64,000 nt of DNA from Oscillospiraceae bacterium (GTDB lineage: Bacteria > Bacillota > Clostridia > Oscillospirales > UBA929), in the NCBI GenBank assembly GCA_031550325.1, contig JAVBOR010000030.1, positions 11,309 to 75,308 on the forward strand, written 5' to 3'. Under the pieces are notes generated by a model. The model was not told where the DNA came from and searched no databases. It saw only the letters and a list, made by a program, of their open reading frames with translations. The number at the start of each line of letters is the position of its first letter. Positions within the stretch are counted from its first letter, which is position 1. Both the position numbers and the translations under genes were made by a program. This document shows, piece by piece, positions 33,474 to 42,803 of the stretch.

Positions 33474-35453
33474 ATGAAAACTACACGAAAACGTCGCTTA
33501 CATGCAATGGTCGTTGCCCTCGTTCTGATGGCTATTCTCGCAAACATTCTGCTTGTCACGTTTGCGTATAATGGCCCCGGCGGACAAACGCTCAACTTGA
33601 GCGGGAAGGGCGCGGACCCCTCTACCATGGATTCCTGGAAGGATCAGAGCGGACCTGTCTTGGAAGACGGCGAGGTTTGGGCGGATAAAACCGTGCAGTA
33701 CGCCCGGCCGAATGACGGCGAGTTTACGGTCACGCTTTCGGCGCTGGCGCGTGAAAAAGCTCTTTATGAAGAAGCCGCCGAAAATTTGATTGTCCTGATG
33801 ATCGACTGGTCGGGCAGTGTGGTGGACTTTAATACGGCCTGCCATACCGCAGAAGGCGTCCTTGACACGATTTACGCAGATCGTCCGGAAAGCAGAATCC
33901 TGATGGTTTCTTACGGAACCAATAACGTCACCTCTCCTGTATTCAGTGACTCCGTTTCAGCAAAAGACTACCTGAATACATTTATCAAGGCCAACAAGCC
34001 CACCGTAGAGAAGGATAGCGGTACCAACATACAAGGCGCCATTTTCGCGGCTGAGCAAGCGCTTAAACTGCACATGGCAGCCTCCGGCGAACGGCTGGTT
34101 CCCTCCTATGTGCTGATCACGGACGGGGTGCCTACCTACGCGTATCGCTATGTGCTCAACGAAAGCGTCACGCCTGACGTCGGCTTGCGCATGGGCGACG
34201 GCCACACGCCGCACACCGCGTTTTACGGCCAGCCGCTGTTCAGTTTCCAGACCATCCTTCAGGCGAATGCCTCCAAGAAAGCGCTGCCGGGGAGCCTGTT
34301 CTTTACCTTCCGCTCTCCTGGCGACAACAGCAGCAGCGCATCGGCAACCTTGGGCGCTGCTCTGCCCAATGAAGACCTTCTGTACATACACGACGGCAAA
34401 TACGAGGTTCAAAAGCTTATCCCGGGCACCAACCCCGAGGAGTGGGAAGAGTATACAAACGTTTCCAATCCCTTTGTGAATATGTTCCACGCGTTTACCG
34501 ATGAGCAGACCTTTACCGAGCCCTATTTTGTGGAAGTCGATCGATATGTGGGCGGCCAGTACCGCACCGGATACTGGGTGTATCCCACCTTTATCGAAGA
34601 GAGCCTGCCCCAGAACTACACGCCGTACGCCGACATTGCGGCCGGTCTGAACGTGAATCCGGCCGACACCGGACTGACCAGTATGCTTGCCCAGCAGCGC
34701 GTTGTCCGCAACGGCGTCATCAAGCCGCTGCGCGCTGAGACAGATATGGTCATCACCGACGTGCTGGGCGAAACCTTTACGCTGGACGCTCAGGCGCTCA
34801 CCGCCGCCGCCGCCGCGCAGGCGCCGGGAACGAGCGTGGCTTACGACGAGACGACCAGAACCGTCACGTGGACCATCCCCGCTGCGCTTGTGCCTCTGCT
34901 GCCGTGCACGGAGGATTATCAGGAGCCCAGTAACGTAGCGCCGCTCCGGCTGAGTTATGATATTTTGTTCAGCCCCGCTGCCGGCCAGCTGGACAACTGG
35001 TCCGAGGGAATGCGCTACTACACAAACGCGCGCACGATGCTTGCGGGCGTCGAGTCCAATCCGAACCTTGCCACCTTTGCTCCCAACCTTCTTGCCGGAC
35101 GCTACGTAAACGAGACCGAGACCATCCTGCTTCCCAATCGCGGTTGGGTTGAGCTGACGGTCAGGACTCCGCCCACAAGCAGCGGCAGGACCAGCACAAC
35201 GCCGAGCGACCCCACGAGCTTTTCTCCGCCGCCCAGCGATGAGTTTACCACGCCCAGCATTCCGATCGATTTTCCGGTTTCTCCCTCTCCCAGCGATGAT
35301 GGGTTTGAGGATACCAGCATTCCGATTGACCCGCCCATTCCGCCGACAGGCGGCGTGAACTCAGCTTTATTCATGCTTTTCGGGGGTATAGCTCTGGTGG
35401 GCTGTGGTCTCCTGCTCGGAAGAAAAGTCGGCGGAAACGTGTCCCAGGATTAA
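33474..35453 (+). CDS. vWA-domain surface protein with LPXTG-like (IPPTG) C-terminal sorting signal
   Basis: Signal/TM MKTTRKRRLHAMVVALVLMAILANILLV; MIDAS DWSGS...TN...TDG; Pro/Ser/Thr-rich stalk; C-terminus IPPTGG, then hydrophobic stretch, then GRKVGG. Confidence 0.75.
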   Translation: MKTTRKRRLHAMVVALVLMAILANILLVTFAYNGPGGQTLNLSGKGADPSTMDSWKDQSGPVLEDGEVWADKTVQYARPNDGEFTVTLSALAREKALYEEAAENLIVLMIDWSGSVVDFNTACHTAEGVLDTIYADRPESRILMVSYGTNNVTSPVFSDSVSAKDYLNTFIKANKPTVEKDSGTNIQGAIFAAEQALKLHMAASGERLVPSYVLITDGVPTYAYRYVLNESVTPDVGLRMGDGHTPHTAFYGQPLFSFQTILQANASKKALPGSLFFTFRSPGDNSSSASATLGAALPNEDLLYIHDGKYEVQKLIPGTNPEEWEEYTNVSNPFVNMFHAFTDEQTFTEPYFVEVDRYVGGQYRTGYWVYPTFIEESLPQNYTPYADIAAGLNVNPADTGLTSMLAQQRVVRNGVIKPLRAETDMVITDVLGETFTLDAQALTAAAAAQAPGTSVAYDETTRTVTWTIPAALVPLLPCTEDYQEPSNVAPLRLSYDILFSPAAGQLDNWSEGMRYYTNARTMLAGVESNPNLATFAPNLLAGRYVNETETILLPNRGWVELTVRTPPTSSGRTSTTPSDPTSFSPPPSDEFTTPSIPIDFPVSPSPSDDGFEDTSIPIDPPIPPTGGVNSALFMLFGGIALVGCGLLLGRKVGGNVSQD

Positions 35454-35471
35454 CAGATAAGCAGTTTTATC

Positions 35472-35503
35472 AGGATCCCCCTTGAGTATTCAAGGGGGAT
35501 CCT
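35472..35503 (+). terminator. Perfect 13-bp hairpin after the vWA gene (possible terminator, no U-tract)
   Basis: AGGATCCCCCTTG-AGTATT-CAAGGGGGATCCT, 19 nt after the stop. Confidence 0.45.
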
Positions 35504-35507
35504 CAGT

Positions 35508-36048
35508 CTGTAGACAAAGGCCGCCTCTTCGTTCCTTTGCGCAAAACCACGTCGAGCCTGACGCCGAAGGCAGCGGGTCCCTGCTGGACTGGTTGAGCGC
35601 AAAGCATGGAAACAAGTGACTTCCACGAATTCACTCCGGGAAAGTCACCCAATGCGCGTCTTCACAAAGACGCGTTCCTGCTCCCGTTTGTAGACAAATC
35701 GAAGGTTTGTCTACAGTCTCAACAAACCGCTGAGGCGGTTTGCAGGGAAACGGTTTTGAGAAATGAATTCCCGAAACCGTTGAGGTTCCTATTTTTCCTG
35801 GATTCAGTCCAGCAAGAACCTGTCACTTGCAGCGCCAGACTCGACGCGAATCCAGGAAAGGGACGAAGGCGCAAAGCTCCGGTTTGACTACAAAACGATG
35901 AAAAGTGATCGGCTCTGTGGAGCCTCCCAAAGAAAGGCTTTCCCGGAGTGAATCCGAGAAAGCCTTTCTATTTCATCTTTTGCGGTTCACATCCCAGAAA
36001 GGACCTTGCGGCTCCGGCCGCAAGGCTCGGCGTAAAAACCGCAAAAGG
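35508..36048. repeat. Intergenic repeat locus R6, largest array (209-bp composite plus G plus two further D-E units plus H)
   Basis: E 35533-35605(-), D 35612-35650(-), B 35655-35674, C 35688-35716, G 35722-35743, D 35746-35782, E 35792-35860, H 35886-35926, D 35932-35968, E 35976-36048. Confidence 0.9.
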
Positions 36049-36135
36049 ACGAGCGCGCGGGACTGTTGCTTTGCACCAAGCTCCAGTAGCTCCTGGAACA
36101 AGGCAGGTGAACACCCCACGCGGAGACTCCAGCTA

Positions 36136-36180
36136 TATAACAAAGTGTCAAAAAAACAGACAATTCGACAGTTTGTTATA
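36136..36180 (-). terminator. Hairpin downstream of addA (weak terminator candidate)
   Basis: TATAACAAAGTGTC ... GACAGTTTGTTATA (14-bp stem, 1 mismatch, 17-nt A-rich loop). Confidence 0.25.
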
Positions 36181-36227
36181 TGGAGAGGCCGTGGATGACC
36201 GTGTCGGCGGCGGTTCGGCTGATTTGT

Positions 36228-39200
36228 CTACTCCAGAGCCAGGGCCTGATCGATGGCGAAGAAATAGACGAGCTTTTCTCCGACCTCCAGCCCGGTCATG
36301 CGCTGTGCGGCGTGGGCGTAAGTCTCCAGCTGCACGCGGTAGTGCTCGGCGCGCGCTGGCGCGCCCTCGGGGCTTATGGAGTCAGTCTTGAAATCCAGCA
36401 CAATCAGCTTGCCGCTTTCGACGAAGAAGCAGTCAATAACGCCCTGCAGCAAAATCTCCTCCCCCATGGCTGTCGTGGCGCCGGTCAGGACGTCGGCGGG
36501 CTCGAGCATGGAAAACTTGCACTCCCTCCAGAGCCTTGTTGCCTTCAGGACGCGCTGGCCCAGGTCGCTCTGAAAGAACAAGGCTATTTTTTCGGGGGAC
36601 ACGGCGTCTGTTTGCTCGGGCGTGAGGATGCGCCGCTTTGCAAGGCGCGACAGCTCGCCCCGGACACCGCCGGCGCTCTGGCAAGCAGCATACGAAATAA
36701 ACTGCATGGCCAGATGGTAGGCCTGCCCGCGCTCCGGCCCCGATAAGCCGCGCCCGCGCGCTGGGCTTTGCGAAAGAAAGGTGCCGGTGCCCTCCCAAAC
36801 CTCAAGATCGGTATAGCGGCCCTTCAGCTGGGTCACCGTCATCTTGGACGGCAGGTCGACCGCGCCGGCGTAAGGGTAGACAAAGGCATCGCGCGCCTGA
36901 ATCGCGTCGCGTTCGGCGCCGGGGGCGGGCGCGGCGGTCAGTGCCGCCGGCGGGGCGGCCAGCCAGTCGGGCTCGGCCACGCCCAGCAGAAGATCCATGA
37001 AGCTGGAAGCCTCACGCAAGCTCTGCGCGGGCGTCGTCTCGCTGCCCAGCATGATCAGCTTGTTCTGCGCGCGCGTCATCGCGACATACAGCAGGCGCAG
37101 CTCTTCGGCCTTGTGCTCGCGCGTGAGCTCCTGCCGCACCGCGTGGTAGGCGGCGGTAGGGTACTCGCACAAGTCGGTGCGCCGCTTCAGGCCGCAGCCG
37201 GTCGTTTCGTGCATCAGGAGCTTGGCGTTCATATCGCGAAGGTTGTACGACCTGCCAAGGTCGGCCAGCACGACAACGGGAAACTCCAGACCTTTGGACC
37301 TGTGAATGGTCATGAGCCTGACGGCGCTGTCCGTGTGCACGCGGGTGCGGGAGAGTGTCTGCCGGTGAAGCCACGGCAGAAAGGCGGCCAGGCCGCTTTC
37401 GTGCGGGCAGGCTTGGGCAAGCTCTAAAAAAGCCATGAGATCGGCCTGGCCCTGTGCGTCAAACTTTGTGTCCAGATCGGTTTGCGCGTAAATACGCGAC
37501 ACCAGCCGCCACACGGGAAGGTCGGGCGCGAGGTAGCGCCACTGGCGCAGCAGAATGAGCAGCCGCTGGCTCTTGAGCTGCGTGTCGGCCAGCAGGCAGT
37601 CGTACAACGACAGCTCCGACACGGCGCGAAGCGACGCCAGCTCCTCGGCAGTAAACGCGAACGCGGGCGAGCGCAGCGCGGCGAGTAGCTGGACGTCGTT
37701 GCGCGGGTTGAGTGTGACCTCCAAAAGCGAGGTGATCGCCCGCACGGCGCCGGACTGTTCGTCCTCGGCAGCGTCGGAGTTTGCGTCCAGACCGGCGTCG
37801 CGCAGCGCCGCCAAATAGGCCGGCGCGCGGTTTTTCAGCGAGCGCAGCAAAATAACGCAGTCCCCCGGGCGGGCAAAACCCGCGTCGATGAGCGCGCGAA
37901 GCCGCGCAGCCACGGCGCGCGCCTGCTGAGCCAGCTTATCGCTCTCGCCTGTGTCGGGCAAGGCGATGAGCTCGACGGCGGGCTCCTGCTGCGGGGGAAA
38001 GCCCAGACCGCTCCTGAGGGGCGGCCCATAGTCCATCTCGGCGTCCGCGCGCGTCATCAGGCGCTCAAGCGTGTGGTTTACGGCCGAGAGAACCTCGGGC
38101 CGCGAGCGGAAGTTGCTGGTCAGATACACCTTGCACGGGCCGGCCGCCGCCTCGCTCCACAGCGCAAACTCGTCGAGCTTGCGCAGAAAGATGGTCGGGT
38201 CGGCGTGCTGGAACCTGTAAATGGACTGGCGCACGTCCCCCACATAGAACACATTGTCCCTGCCGGCGGACAGCGCGTCGATCAGCGCGTCCTGGCGCGC
38301 GTTGACGTCCTGGTACTCGTCGACCAGAATCTCGGCAAAGCGCGCGCTCACGGTCAGCCCTGTTTCGGTCGGGCGGCCGCTCTCGTCGGTGAGCAGGGAG
38401 AGCGCGGCAAGCTCATAGTCGGTGAAGTCGGCCAGCTTGCGCGCCGCCTTCTCCTGCCGGTAGGCCTCGTCAAAGCAATTCACGGCGAAAAAGAGCCCGC
38501 TGAGCACCTCCTGCGTGTCGGCGATGTCGGCAAGATTGTCCTCATGCGTGCAGGAGATGCGCTCGCACAGAGCCCCGACGCCCTTTTTCCAGCCGTCCCG
38601 CTCGGCGCGAAGGCCTTCGGCCTGATCCTTCGCGGCGTCGTCGACGGCTTTAAAGGGCTTGAGCTTGGCAAAGCTCAGCGCGTGAAGCGCCTCAAAGGCT
38701 TTGTCCCAGCCCGCGCCCAGCGCGCCGTCCAGCGCGGTCAGCGCGTCGATATCGCTCAGGAGCGCCGGCGCGTACGCCGTGTACAGCGCGGGATCGTCCA
38801 CGCCCTCCAGGGCGCTTTGCGCTTGGGCGCGCCACTTGGCCAGCTGATGGCGCGCGTCCTCCAGTACGAGCTCTTCCCAGAACTGTACGCGCCTGTCGGA
38901 GGCGCGCAGCTGCTCTGCCCGCCAGCCCGCCGGGCCGCGCATCGTTCGGGTCTTTCGCCAGGTTCTCTCGACAAGCTCCGAAACCGCCCTGTCACCGCGC
39001 ATGTCCACAAAGGCGTCGACAAAGCGCCCGAACTGCGGCAGCCCGCCGCCTTCCAGCTGGTCGTACAGCTCGTCCAGCACGCGGTTCAGGGTGTCGCCGA
39101 ACAGCCCGGCCGCCTCGCTGTCCTCGCAGACCCTGACGTCGGGCGGCAGGACGCTTTGGGCGGCGAACTCGCGCAGCAGCTCGACGCAGTACGCGTGCAG

Positions 39201-39503
39201 CGTGCAAATGCGCGCCGTGTACAGGCGGTTCAGCTGGCGGCGCAGATGGCGGCTATCCGGGTCGGCCTCCATGCGCCCGCGCAGCGCGCGGAGAATGCGC
39301 GCGCGCATCTCCCCGGCGGCGGCGCGCGTATAGGTGATGAGCAAGAAGTCGTCGATGTTGCGCGGGCAACTCTCGTCTGTGAGATAGGCCATCAGCCGCT
39401 CGACAAGCACAAGGGTCTTGCCCGCGCCTGCCGCCGCCGAGACCAAAACGGTGCGGCCGCGCAGCGTGACGGCGGCGTGTTGTTCATCCGTGAGCTCTCT
39501 CAT
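36228..39503 (-). CDS. addA: ATP-dependent helicase/nuclease subunit A (AddA)
   Basis: 1091 aa; UvrD-type motifs VSAAAGAGKT, ILVDEYQDVN, TIHRSKGLEFPVV; C-terminal RecB-type nuclease region (QGVIDCFF...LDFKTD). Confidence 0.9.
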   Translation of the reverse strand: MRELTDEQHAAVTLRGRTVLVSAAAGAGKTLVLVERLMAYLTDESCPRNIDDFLLITYTRAAAGEMRARILRALRGRMEADPDSRHLRRQLNRLYTARICTLHAYCVELLREFAAQSVLPPDVRVCEDSEAAGLFGDTLNRVLDELYDQLEGGGLPQFGRFVDAFVDMRGDRAVSELVERTWRKTRTMRGPAGWRAEQLRASDRRVQFWEELVLEDARHQLAKWRAQAQSALEGVDDPALYTAYAPALLSDIDALTALDGALGAGWDKAFEALHALSFAKLKPFKAVDDAAKDQAEGLRAERDGWKKGVGALCERISCTHEDNLADIADTQEVLSGLFFAVNCFDEAYRQEKAARKLADFTDYELAALSLLTDESGRPTETGLTVSARFAEILVDEYQDVNARQDALIDALSAGRDNVFYVGDVRQSIYRFQHADPTIFLRKLDEFALWSEAAAGPCKVYLTSNFRSRPEVLSAVNHTLERLMTRADAEMDYGPPLRSGLGFPPQQEPAVELIALPDTGESDKLAQQARAVAARLRALIDAGFARPGDCVILLRSLKNRAPAYLAALRDAGLDANSDAAEDEQSGAVRAITSLLEVTLNPRNDVQLLAALRSPAFAFTAEELASLRAVSELSLYDCLLADTQLKSQRLLILLRQWRYLAPDLPVWRLVSRIYAQTDLDTKFDAQGQADLMAFLELAQACPHESGLAAFLPWLHRQTLSRTRVHTDSAVRLMTIHRSKGLEFPVVVLADLGRSYNLRDMNAKLLMHETTGCGLKRRTDLCEYPTAAYHAVRQELTREHKAEELRLLYVAMTRAQNKLIMLGSETTPAQSLREASSFMDLLLGVAEPDWLAAPPAALTAAPAPGAERDAIQARDAFVYPYAGAVDLPSKMTVTQLKGRYTDLEVWEGTGTFLSQSPARGRGLSGPERGQAYHLAMQFISYAACQSAGGVRGELSRLAKRRILTPEQTDAVSPEKIALFFQSDLGQRVLKATRLWRECKFSMLEPADVLTGATTAMGEEILLQGVIDCFFVESGKLIVLDFKTDSISPEGAPARAEHYRVQLETYAHAAQRMTGLEVGEKLVYFFAIDQALALE

Positions 39504-42500
39504 GGCGTATCCCCCTCCCGAAGCGCCTGCCAGAATGACTGAAGCGAAAAGCTCTGCAACGGCGCGTCTTTCTCGCGCGAGGCGTCAAAGTAGCAGCATG
39601 GCGCAAAGTCGCAGTTGTCGCAGGCGCTGCTCTGGCCGCTCTCCCGCACGGGAACGGCGCGAACGTCCCCCCGGATCAGGTCGGAGGCCACCGCGCGCGT
39701 CAGGGCTTCGACGTGACGCCCCAGCCGCGCGAAATCTTCCCGGTCGCCCACCTGAGACCGCTGGTCGAGCTCGCCGCTCTTTTTGCGGTCAAACGGCAGA
39801 AGACCAGCGCCGTCCGGGCCGCTCATCGCCTCCAGCACGGCGTCGTCGGCCAGCAGAAGGCCGCGGCGCTTGAGGCCGGCGGACGGGCCGGGCAGCTGCG
39901 CGCCCGGATGGGACTTTAAGGTGAGAACCTCGTCGCGGGCGGGGACATAGAGCATCCCCGCGGGTTCGATGCGGTCGGCGCCGAACAGCCCGGCCCCCAG
40001 CTTGGCCAGCGTGAACAGATACAGCGGCAGCTGCAGCCCCAGGCCGTGATAGAGCTCCGAGACCGAAAAAATCTTTTTGCCGGTTTTGTAGTCGACAACC
40101 CGAAGATAGAGGGTGCCGTCAGGCCCGCGCCAGCCGTCCACGCGGTCAACCGCGCCCTCGACAAGCGCCGAAAAGCCGCCGGGCAGGCCGTCCACGCGGA
40201 CGGCGGGCAGCTTCCCGCCGCGGTCGGAAAAGCGCAGTTCATAGGCGAGCGGAGAGAACAGGGAAGCTTGCAGCTCGGCCAAAACATCGGCGGCGATGCT
40301 CACCGCCGAGCGGCGCAGCGTGTCGAACAGCCGCGCAAAGCGCCGCGTGTGCCCGGCAAAGCCTTTCAGGACGGTATTCTCGTAGGCGGTCGTATACATA
40401 GCGGCCCAGTCGCGCACCTGTTCGGCGGTCACGTTTGCCGCGCCGCCGGCGAGCTCTGTGTTTCGCCCGGTCTGCTCAAGCATGCCGTGGATAAACGCGC
40501 CGATGTCCAGCGGGGCAAACCCCGGCTGTTCGGTCGGGCGGGCGCGCAGCCCATACTGGCAGAAGTAGGCAAACCGGCAGGTGAACGCGCGCTGGAGTCT
40601 CGTCGCGCTGAAACGCAACTCCGTGCCGTACAGAGACGTGACGGCGTCGGGGGAGAGCGGCTCGCGCAGCTCGGGCGGCGGCGTAAAGGGCCGCACAACC
40701 GGGGGAAGCGCGGTGATCTCCACGCCGCAGAGCGCGCAGGCGCGGCTGAGCACGTCGGCGGGCAGCGCCTTGCCGTCGCCGTCTCTGGAAAAGCTCAGGT
40801 ACAGGGCGTCGGACGGAAGCGTCATGGCGGCATAGAGGTTGAACAACTCGCGCTCCAGCCTCTGCTCGCCGTCCGGCGGCATCTGCAGGTCAAACGCCTC
40901 CAGAACGGCGCGCTCCTCCAGGGACAGCAGCGAGTCGGTGTTCGGCACCATGGGCATCGCGTCGGCGCGCGCGCCGGGCAGAAACACAACGCGGGGCGAA
41001 TGCCGGCGCAGGCGGCCGCACTGGCCGATGCCGACGCGGTCAAGCGCGACCGGAATCGTGCCGACCTGGCAGCCGGACAGCAGCAAGAGCAAAAGATCCA
41101 TAAAGCCGTCCAGGTTCATCGGCGTATCTCCGAGAATCGAGGCGCACTCGTCCAGAGCCTCTACAAAAAGCTCCCAAAGCTGGGCGCACTCGTCGGCCAG
41201 CTTGAGCTCCCCAAGCGACCGAAGCGCCTCGATGCGGCGCTTCAGCGCGCGGTCAACGCGCATTTGCAAAAGGACTTGGAGCAGAAGCTTACTCCAGCCG
41301 GACGCGGTGCGTCCGCCGCGCAGCGCGGACAGCGGCGTGTGGATGAGGGCGCGCATACGGTTGACAAAGATAAGCGCGCGCGTGTCCTCCTCGGTCATCG
41401 TCTCGACATAGCCGCGCGGATGCAGCGTAAACGGTTTTGCCCACTGCGCGCCGTGGGGCCGCCACCGGCGCAGATAGGGCTCAAAGCGGTCAACCTGCTC
41501 GAGCGGCGCGCGGAACAGACCGGTGCGCAGCAGGACAAGCACGTCCTCGCTGCGCCAGCCGTACAGCGTGATGTCGGCGAGGGCGCGCAAAAACTGCGGC
41601 AGAGCTTTGCCGATGACGTCGTCGGTGCTGTCCATAAACACGGGAACGCCCTCGCGCTCAAAAGCCCGCTCAAGAAGCGGGCCGTAGAGGGGCAGGTCGT
41701 TGACGGCCACCTGCATGTCGCGGTAGCGCAGCCCGCCCGCCGCCAGGCGCTGGACTGTCTGGGCGATGACGGCGCACTCGTCCGAGACGGTTTGCGCGCA
41801 CAGCGCAGTGACGGCGCCGCCGCCGTCAACGGACAGCGTGGATCTGTCGAAAAAGTGCGCCTCCAGATGGGCCAGCGCGGGGGCGGAAAAGCGCCTTGGC
41901 TGTGTCAGGACGGTCTGCGTCGCGTCGCCGAGCGCTCTTGTAAGCGCGGCGGCCGTGCGCTGGGCGACCGGGAAGTCCTGACCGTCGGGCAGGCCGCACA
42001 GCGCGCAGAGAATCTGCCCCCGTCCCTGCGAGAACGCGCTCAAAACGTCGATTTCCTGCGGGGTAAACGTGACAAAGCCGTCCAAGAAAAGCCTCTTGTC
42101 CAACGCAAAAAAACTGTGGCGCAGCTTGTCCGCCAGCAGCGTCAGTCTGTCGCGCTTGTCCAGCGGGCCGGAGGCCAGCAGCGCGTTGTAAGAGGCGTAA
42201 ATCAGCGAAAGCTCACGCAATTTCAGCGCGGAGGAGCCCTTGGCCGCGTCTGAGGCCTGATGCAGGGCCTCGGGCGCAATGCCGTAGCATTTACACTCAT
42301 CCACGGTCTGGAGCAGCGAGGCCAAAAACGCGGGCTTGTGGGCGTTTTTGGCCCACAGGCTCAGCTGATCGCGCACCACGTCGACCGCGAGGCGCATGGT
42401 GAGAAGCCGCCCTCCGTCGGAGAGCGGCCGGCGGGCCAGACCGCCCTCCTGTCCAAACACGCGGTCGGCCAGCCGCCCGAACGTGAGCACCTCGGCGTGC

Positions 42501-42673
42501 AGGCAAATGGCCGGGCCGCCGTGCGCCGCCAAAAAACGCTCGCACTCGTGGGAGAAGGGCTCCGGAACAAGCCAGATCAGGCCCTCCTCGCCGTGCGCCG
42601 CGCGCGCGCAGATTTCATTAACGATTGTTGTCGTCTTGCCGCTTCCGGCGCGGCCCCAGAGAAGGTGCAGCAA
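39500..42673 (-). CDS. addB: ATP-dependent helicase/nuclease subunit B (AddB)
   Basis: GRAGSGKT P-loop near the N-terminus; C-terminal nuclease with Cys cluster (CDNCDFAPCC); ATGA overlap with addA. Start placed at TTG 42673 (GGGAGG RBS); the ORF-track extension to 42772 looks non-coding. Confidence 0.85.
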   Translation of the reverse strand: MLHLLWGRAGSGKTTTIVNEICARAAHGEEGLIWLVPEPFSHECERFLAAHGGPAICLHAEVLTFGRLADRVFGQEGGLARRPLSDGGRLLTMRLAVDVVRDQLSLWAKNAHKPAFLASLLQTVDECKCYGIAPEALHQASDAAKGSSALKLRELSLIYASYNALLASGPLDKRDRLTLLADKLRHSFFALDKRLFLDGFVTFTPQEIDVLSAFSQGRGQILCALCGLPDGQDFPVAQRTAAALTRALGDATQTVLTQPRRFSAPALAHLEAHFFDRSTLSVDGGGAVTALCAQTVSDECAVIAQTVQRLAAGGLRYRDMQVAVNDLPLYGPLLERAFEREGVPVFMDSTDDVIGKALPQFLRALADITLYGWRSEDVLVLLRTGLFRAPLEQVDRFEPYLRRWRPHGAQWAKPFTLHPRGYVETMTEEDTRALIFVNRMRALIHTPLSALRGGRTASGWSKLLLQVLLQMRVDRALKRRIEALRSLGELKLADECAQLWELFVEALDECASILGDTPMNLDGFMDLLLLLLSGCQVGTIPVALDRVGIGQCGRLRRHSPRVVFLPGARADAMPMVPNTDSLLSLEERAVLEAFDLQMPPDGEQRLERELFNLYAAMTLPSDALYLSFSRDGDGKALPADVLSRACALCGVEITALPPVVRPFTPPPELREPLSPDAVTSLYGTELRFSATRLQRAFTCRFAYFCQYGLRARPTEQPGFAPLDIGAFIHGMLEQTGRNTELAGGAANVTAEQVRDWAAMYTTAYENTVLKGFAGHTRRFARLFDTLRRSAVSIAADVLAELQASLFSPLAYELRFSDRGGKLPAVRVDGLPGGFSALVEGAVDRVDGWRGPDGTLYLRVVDYKTGKKIFSVSELYHGLGLQLPLYLFTLAKLGAGLFGADRIEPAGMLYVPARDEVLTLKSHPGAQLPGPSAGLKRRGLLLADDAVLEAMSGPDGAGLLPFDRKKSGELDQRSQVGDREDFARLGRHVEALTRAVASDLIRGDVRAVPVRESGQSSACDNCDFAPCCYFDASREKDAPLQSFSLQSFWQALREGDTP

Positions 42674-42803
42674 CCAAAATTCCTCCCAAAATCCGCTGGG
42701 CGGAGAAGATCTGCGCAGGCCGCCCCCGAATGATGCCGGGGGAGGCCTGCGCAATGTAAACCGTCTTCCCAATCCTTGGCGCGCCGAAAGAGTCCATTGA
42801 CAA

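Noticed and set aside
35606-36391. ORFs lying inside the repeat arrays (35606-35887, 35905-36198, 35948-36391, 28429-28680, 28302-28727, 13709-14080, 55894-56284, 42776-43093, the 5' part of 45171-46637). Their peptides recur, e.g. SESVKALWFNLFRL / SESVKALRFNILRF / SESEKAFLFHLLRF.
   Set aside because: The similarity is a by-product of translating the repeated DNA. The frames are not maintained between copies, the copies occur in both orientations, no RBS is present, and the conservation follows hairpin symmetry rather than codon structure.
42674-42772. N-terminal ORF extensions suggested by the ORF track: addB 42674-42772, proB 53462-53629, proA 54159-54425, LRR1 4976-5026, RCC1 paralog 44992-45072, yycI 7832-7900, vWA 33399-33473, cheV 20997-21011, and the hypothetical gene at 20293-20358.
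   Set aside because: The extensions lack RBS support, are compositionally odd (Gly/Arg/Pro-rich) or overlap upstream genes. Internal starts have good Shine-Dalgarno sequences and give canonical family N-termini or signal peptides.
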